Shown here: in pieces, positions 61,001 through 64,000 of the stretch
How positions within the stretch are numbered: position 1 is the first letter of the stretch
Layout of the letters: every line of letters begins with the position of its first letter
Source of the DNA: Lama glama
Lineage: Eukaryota
Direction: 5' to 3'
Length of the DNA stretch: 64,000 bases
NCBI GenBank assembly: GCA_028534125.1
Contig: CM052818.1
Span: 45,262,001 to 45,326,000, forward strand
Notes under the pieces: model-generated
Told to the model about the DNA's origin: nothing
Database searches by the model: none
What the model saw: the letters and a program-made list of their open reading frames with translations, nothing else
Translations under genes and position numbers: made by a program

Positions 61001-64000
61001 CAGGGCTGCTGGGCTCTCCGCATCAGGTCGCATCGGTCATCCCAGGGCCAGGGAGGAGTGTGGTCGCTGTTTAGGTGACCACCAGAGAGCTCTTCGTTCC
61101 AAAGTTCACTTTTCTGGAAGGTGGAAATTTTAAGGGTGATGTTTTGGACAGAGGAGTGACTTTACTGTCAAATAACTTATACGAAGTTAATCAAACATAA
61201 AAACTTGCTCAAGGTTTATTTCATGAGACAGCGAGCCCAGTAAAGCAAGCCCCTCCACTGCTGCTTCGGGCTTTGGAGCCGAGCGCGGCTGCTTGGCGTG
61301 CTCTGCTGTCTTCCCCTTGCTTCCCGCTCCTTTCCCTCTGACACTGGCTGCCCTTTAGGGTTTTCACTTAATCACTAGGAGCTTAATCATATTTTAGAAA
61401 AGCTAAAACGTTCTTTTTTTATTTTCTCACTTACTCATTTTGGAGTAATTAAAGACAAATCACAATGACTGTTCTGTCATGTTTTTCTGATACTAAGACT
61501 GCTCAGAACATTGAGAAATGGTTCCGCCTTCCCAGCTCCTTTCAGCTCCTGCTTTTTTTTGCTCAGTCAGCCTTCTCCACATCGGGCAGCCAGGTCTGGG
61601 CGCTGCGGGAGGCCCAGCCTGCCCGAGGTGCTTGGGGAGCCCCCCTGAGACCCGGGGAATCAACATCACTGGTCTCAGAACCACCGGGAGCGGGAGATTT
61701 CTGTTCAGAAAGACCTAACTCAGGCTTCATAATTATACCCAGCCTGCTTCTCACCCGCCTTCCGCTGCTGCTGGCTGCTGTCTGGACTGTGAGATGTGAT
61801 GTAGCCTTCTATTCTCTGTCCATCACCTCTCAGTACAGAGAGAAAGCTTTTCCATCATCTGTAAATATCCTTGGCTCCCTCTGTAGTAAAATCACACGCT
61901 CCACACTTACATCAGGAGTTGACCACGTGGGAAGCAATATCCTGTCCCCCCAGCACAGGGCTGTTCTCATAGCTTGTCTGCTCTGAGTTGCTCGAGGCTG
62001 TGACCTGATGCCGTAGGGTTTTCCTACAGAGCTTCTCAGATGTGTCTGGTGAGGGACCAGGGTTTTGTTTTTTGTTTTGTCTTTAAATTTGCAATCTATT
62101 GCAGATTGATACTTGTGTAAAATATAATAAAAGTGAATTACTAGGAAAAGGGTCACTCATTTGCATCTCGCTGCAATGTCAGATTGCTGTACAGGGTTCT
62201 ACATACACTCTTCCTTTCAGTTTCTACACTTATCTCCCAGCTCGATGGCATTTCTCAGACTGGCCCTGGGAGCACACTTCGGCAGAGAGCCTTGTTCCTT
62301 CTTTTCAAGTGTGACCTTCAATGAGTCCTTTAGCCTCCGAAGCACATGCAGGCGAGACTTGTTCCGTGCATGTTTCTGTTTCTGGGGTGGTGGTGGAGGG
62401 GGGGCACTGTGGCTGCACCAGACAGCACAGCGCCTCCTGGGCGCTGCTGTTCCACACCACAGTGTGTTCTCTTGACTCCCAGTGCTGATGACCTTTGCCT
62501 TCTCTTTCACAGTTCATATTTTTATTGTTGAAACCACAATAAATATCAGCATAAAGGAAATTTAAAGGGAAAAAGCCACAGTTCTAGAGTCTCTTCACAA
62601 GTATTACTCTTTTCGTTAAAGAAGTTGTTTTAATTATGTGTTCATGTGTTTTAGATTGTTGTCCTCACACCATACATATGTATAATGTCTTTTGGTTTTT
62701 AGCTTGACATTATATTAAAAGCATTTTTCATGTTGCTTTTTGGTCTTTATATTTGTGCTTTTAAATGGTTTATTTGATTGTGCATGAAGCCTTTTCATTC
62801 TGTCTCCACTGTTACTGGAGTTTCGGAGCCTGTATTACGTGGGCTTTGGAGTCGAAATATCAGCTACTTGACTTACTAGTTGTGTGGTGACCTTGAGCAA
62901 ATGATCTGACTTTCTGGGGCTCCTTTCTTGTCTCTGGATGTAACATGCCAGCACAGTTACTTCACAGTCTCCTCCTGTGCCTGCGATCATCTTAATTTCT
63001 GCTGAACTAACTCTTTCACTGGTTTGATTTTCCAGCTTCTTTCTTGTTAGGAACTTCTCACACTCCTTGGGCTTTGTGAGGTTGTTTGTTTCTCTCATTT
63101 ATAGTTGGTTTCAATCCTGACCTTCCCTGCTGTAGTTTGGTCTTAGGCCAGCCTGTGTCATTGTCCATATGTGGCCAGCGGCTATCCTCCATTGTAGAAA
63201 ACAGTCTGCTGCACCCAGTCTGAATTCTCCTGTGTAATTAGATTAGAGCCTTTTCTGTCGGTTTGATGGGTTTGGTCATGTTTCCTCGTGGAACGCTCAC
63301 TGCTCAGTGTTCAGGACTGAGCCTCTGAAGCCGAGCTTAGGGGGTGTCTTTGGCAGAAACCTTCTTTTTGGGGGTACTCTGTCTCTTCAGTCCCTAGAAC
63401 TTCTTTAATCACGTGCAGAGGTCTAGGAGGAGTTCTGGCAGTGTCGTTAGGGAAACTTGGGAACACATGTCAGTACAAGTTGTTTCTTCCCATCACGGCC
63501 TCTGAGCTTTTGTTTCCAGGGTCATCAAAAGTGTCCAGGGGAGAGATTTTATAGAGGCCACAAGCTATGAAAATGTCTCTGATTTTTTCTTTTTTTTTGC
63601 TTTAGTTTAGATATACATTCTTACTTTCCTCGACTTCACTATCGGCTGTATGTATTTTGGTGAAGGTTGGTCCCAGTTAAGGGCTCGCTCCCACTTCGGA
63701 GCTGATGTGCACAACGTGGTTCTGCTGAGAGAGCACTGATTTCCTGCTTTCTGGTTATTAGTTGCCCTTGTCTATCTCAGCGTTTTATTTCCGTAACAGC
63801 ATTAAATATCATCACTTTTGCAAGCTTTTGCTTTAACAGAGGAGCAGCAAAAAGTACTTTTAAATCACAGAATCAAATCATTGTTCTTAACATTTAGTAT
63901 ATTTAACTATGATTATATGGTCTCATAATCCAAATGTCTTCCCTCTGTGGATTCTTCTATTGTATTTTACAAATAGATTTTAAAAATAAATAAAATTGGG

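Noticed and set aside
58349..61986. ORFs of 203 aa (58349-58960) and 173 aa (61465-61986) in NOL10 intron 12
   Set aside because: No protein similarity; the first overlies degraded L2-like sequence; neither contains the expected next NOL10 exon peptide (MLLTANE..).

Overview
Mammalian genomic DNA, probably from a camelid, inferred from its tRNA-derived SINE and young L1 3' ends. Two protein-coding genes lie head-to-head about 29 kb apart. ATP6V1C2 (V-ATPase V1 subunit C2) is on the minus strand, with a CpG-island promoter at about 8.5-9.55 kb, a probable non-coding exon 1 and coding exons 2-3; the gene continues off the left edge. NOL10 (nucleolar protein 10) is on the plus strand, with ATG at 38287 and exons 1-8 and 10-12; exon 9 is missing and probably lies in the 500-N gap, and the gene continues off the right edge. 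The rest is intronic or intergenic sequence rich in L1, L2, MIR, LTR, DNA-transposon and SINE remnants. Almost all ORF-track entries are spurious. I see no evidence of a novel biological system. The notable items are retrotransposition by-products bounded by readable target-site duplications (TSDs): a ~720-bp retroposed 3'UTR-like insert and two apparent L1 3' transductions. There is also an orphan CpG/NRF1 promoter-like element at about 20.5 kb. Gene and repeat-family names come from recalled sequences, not database searches.
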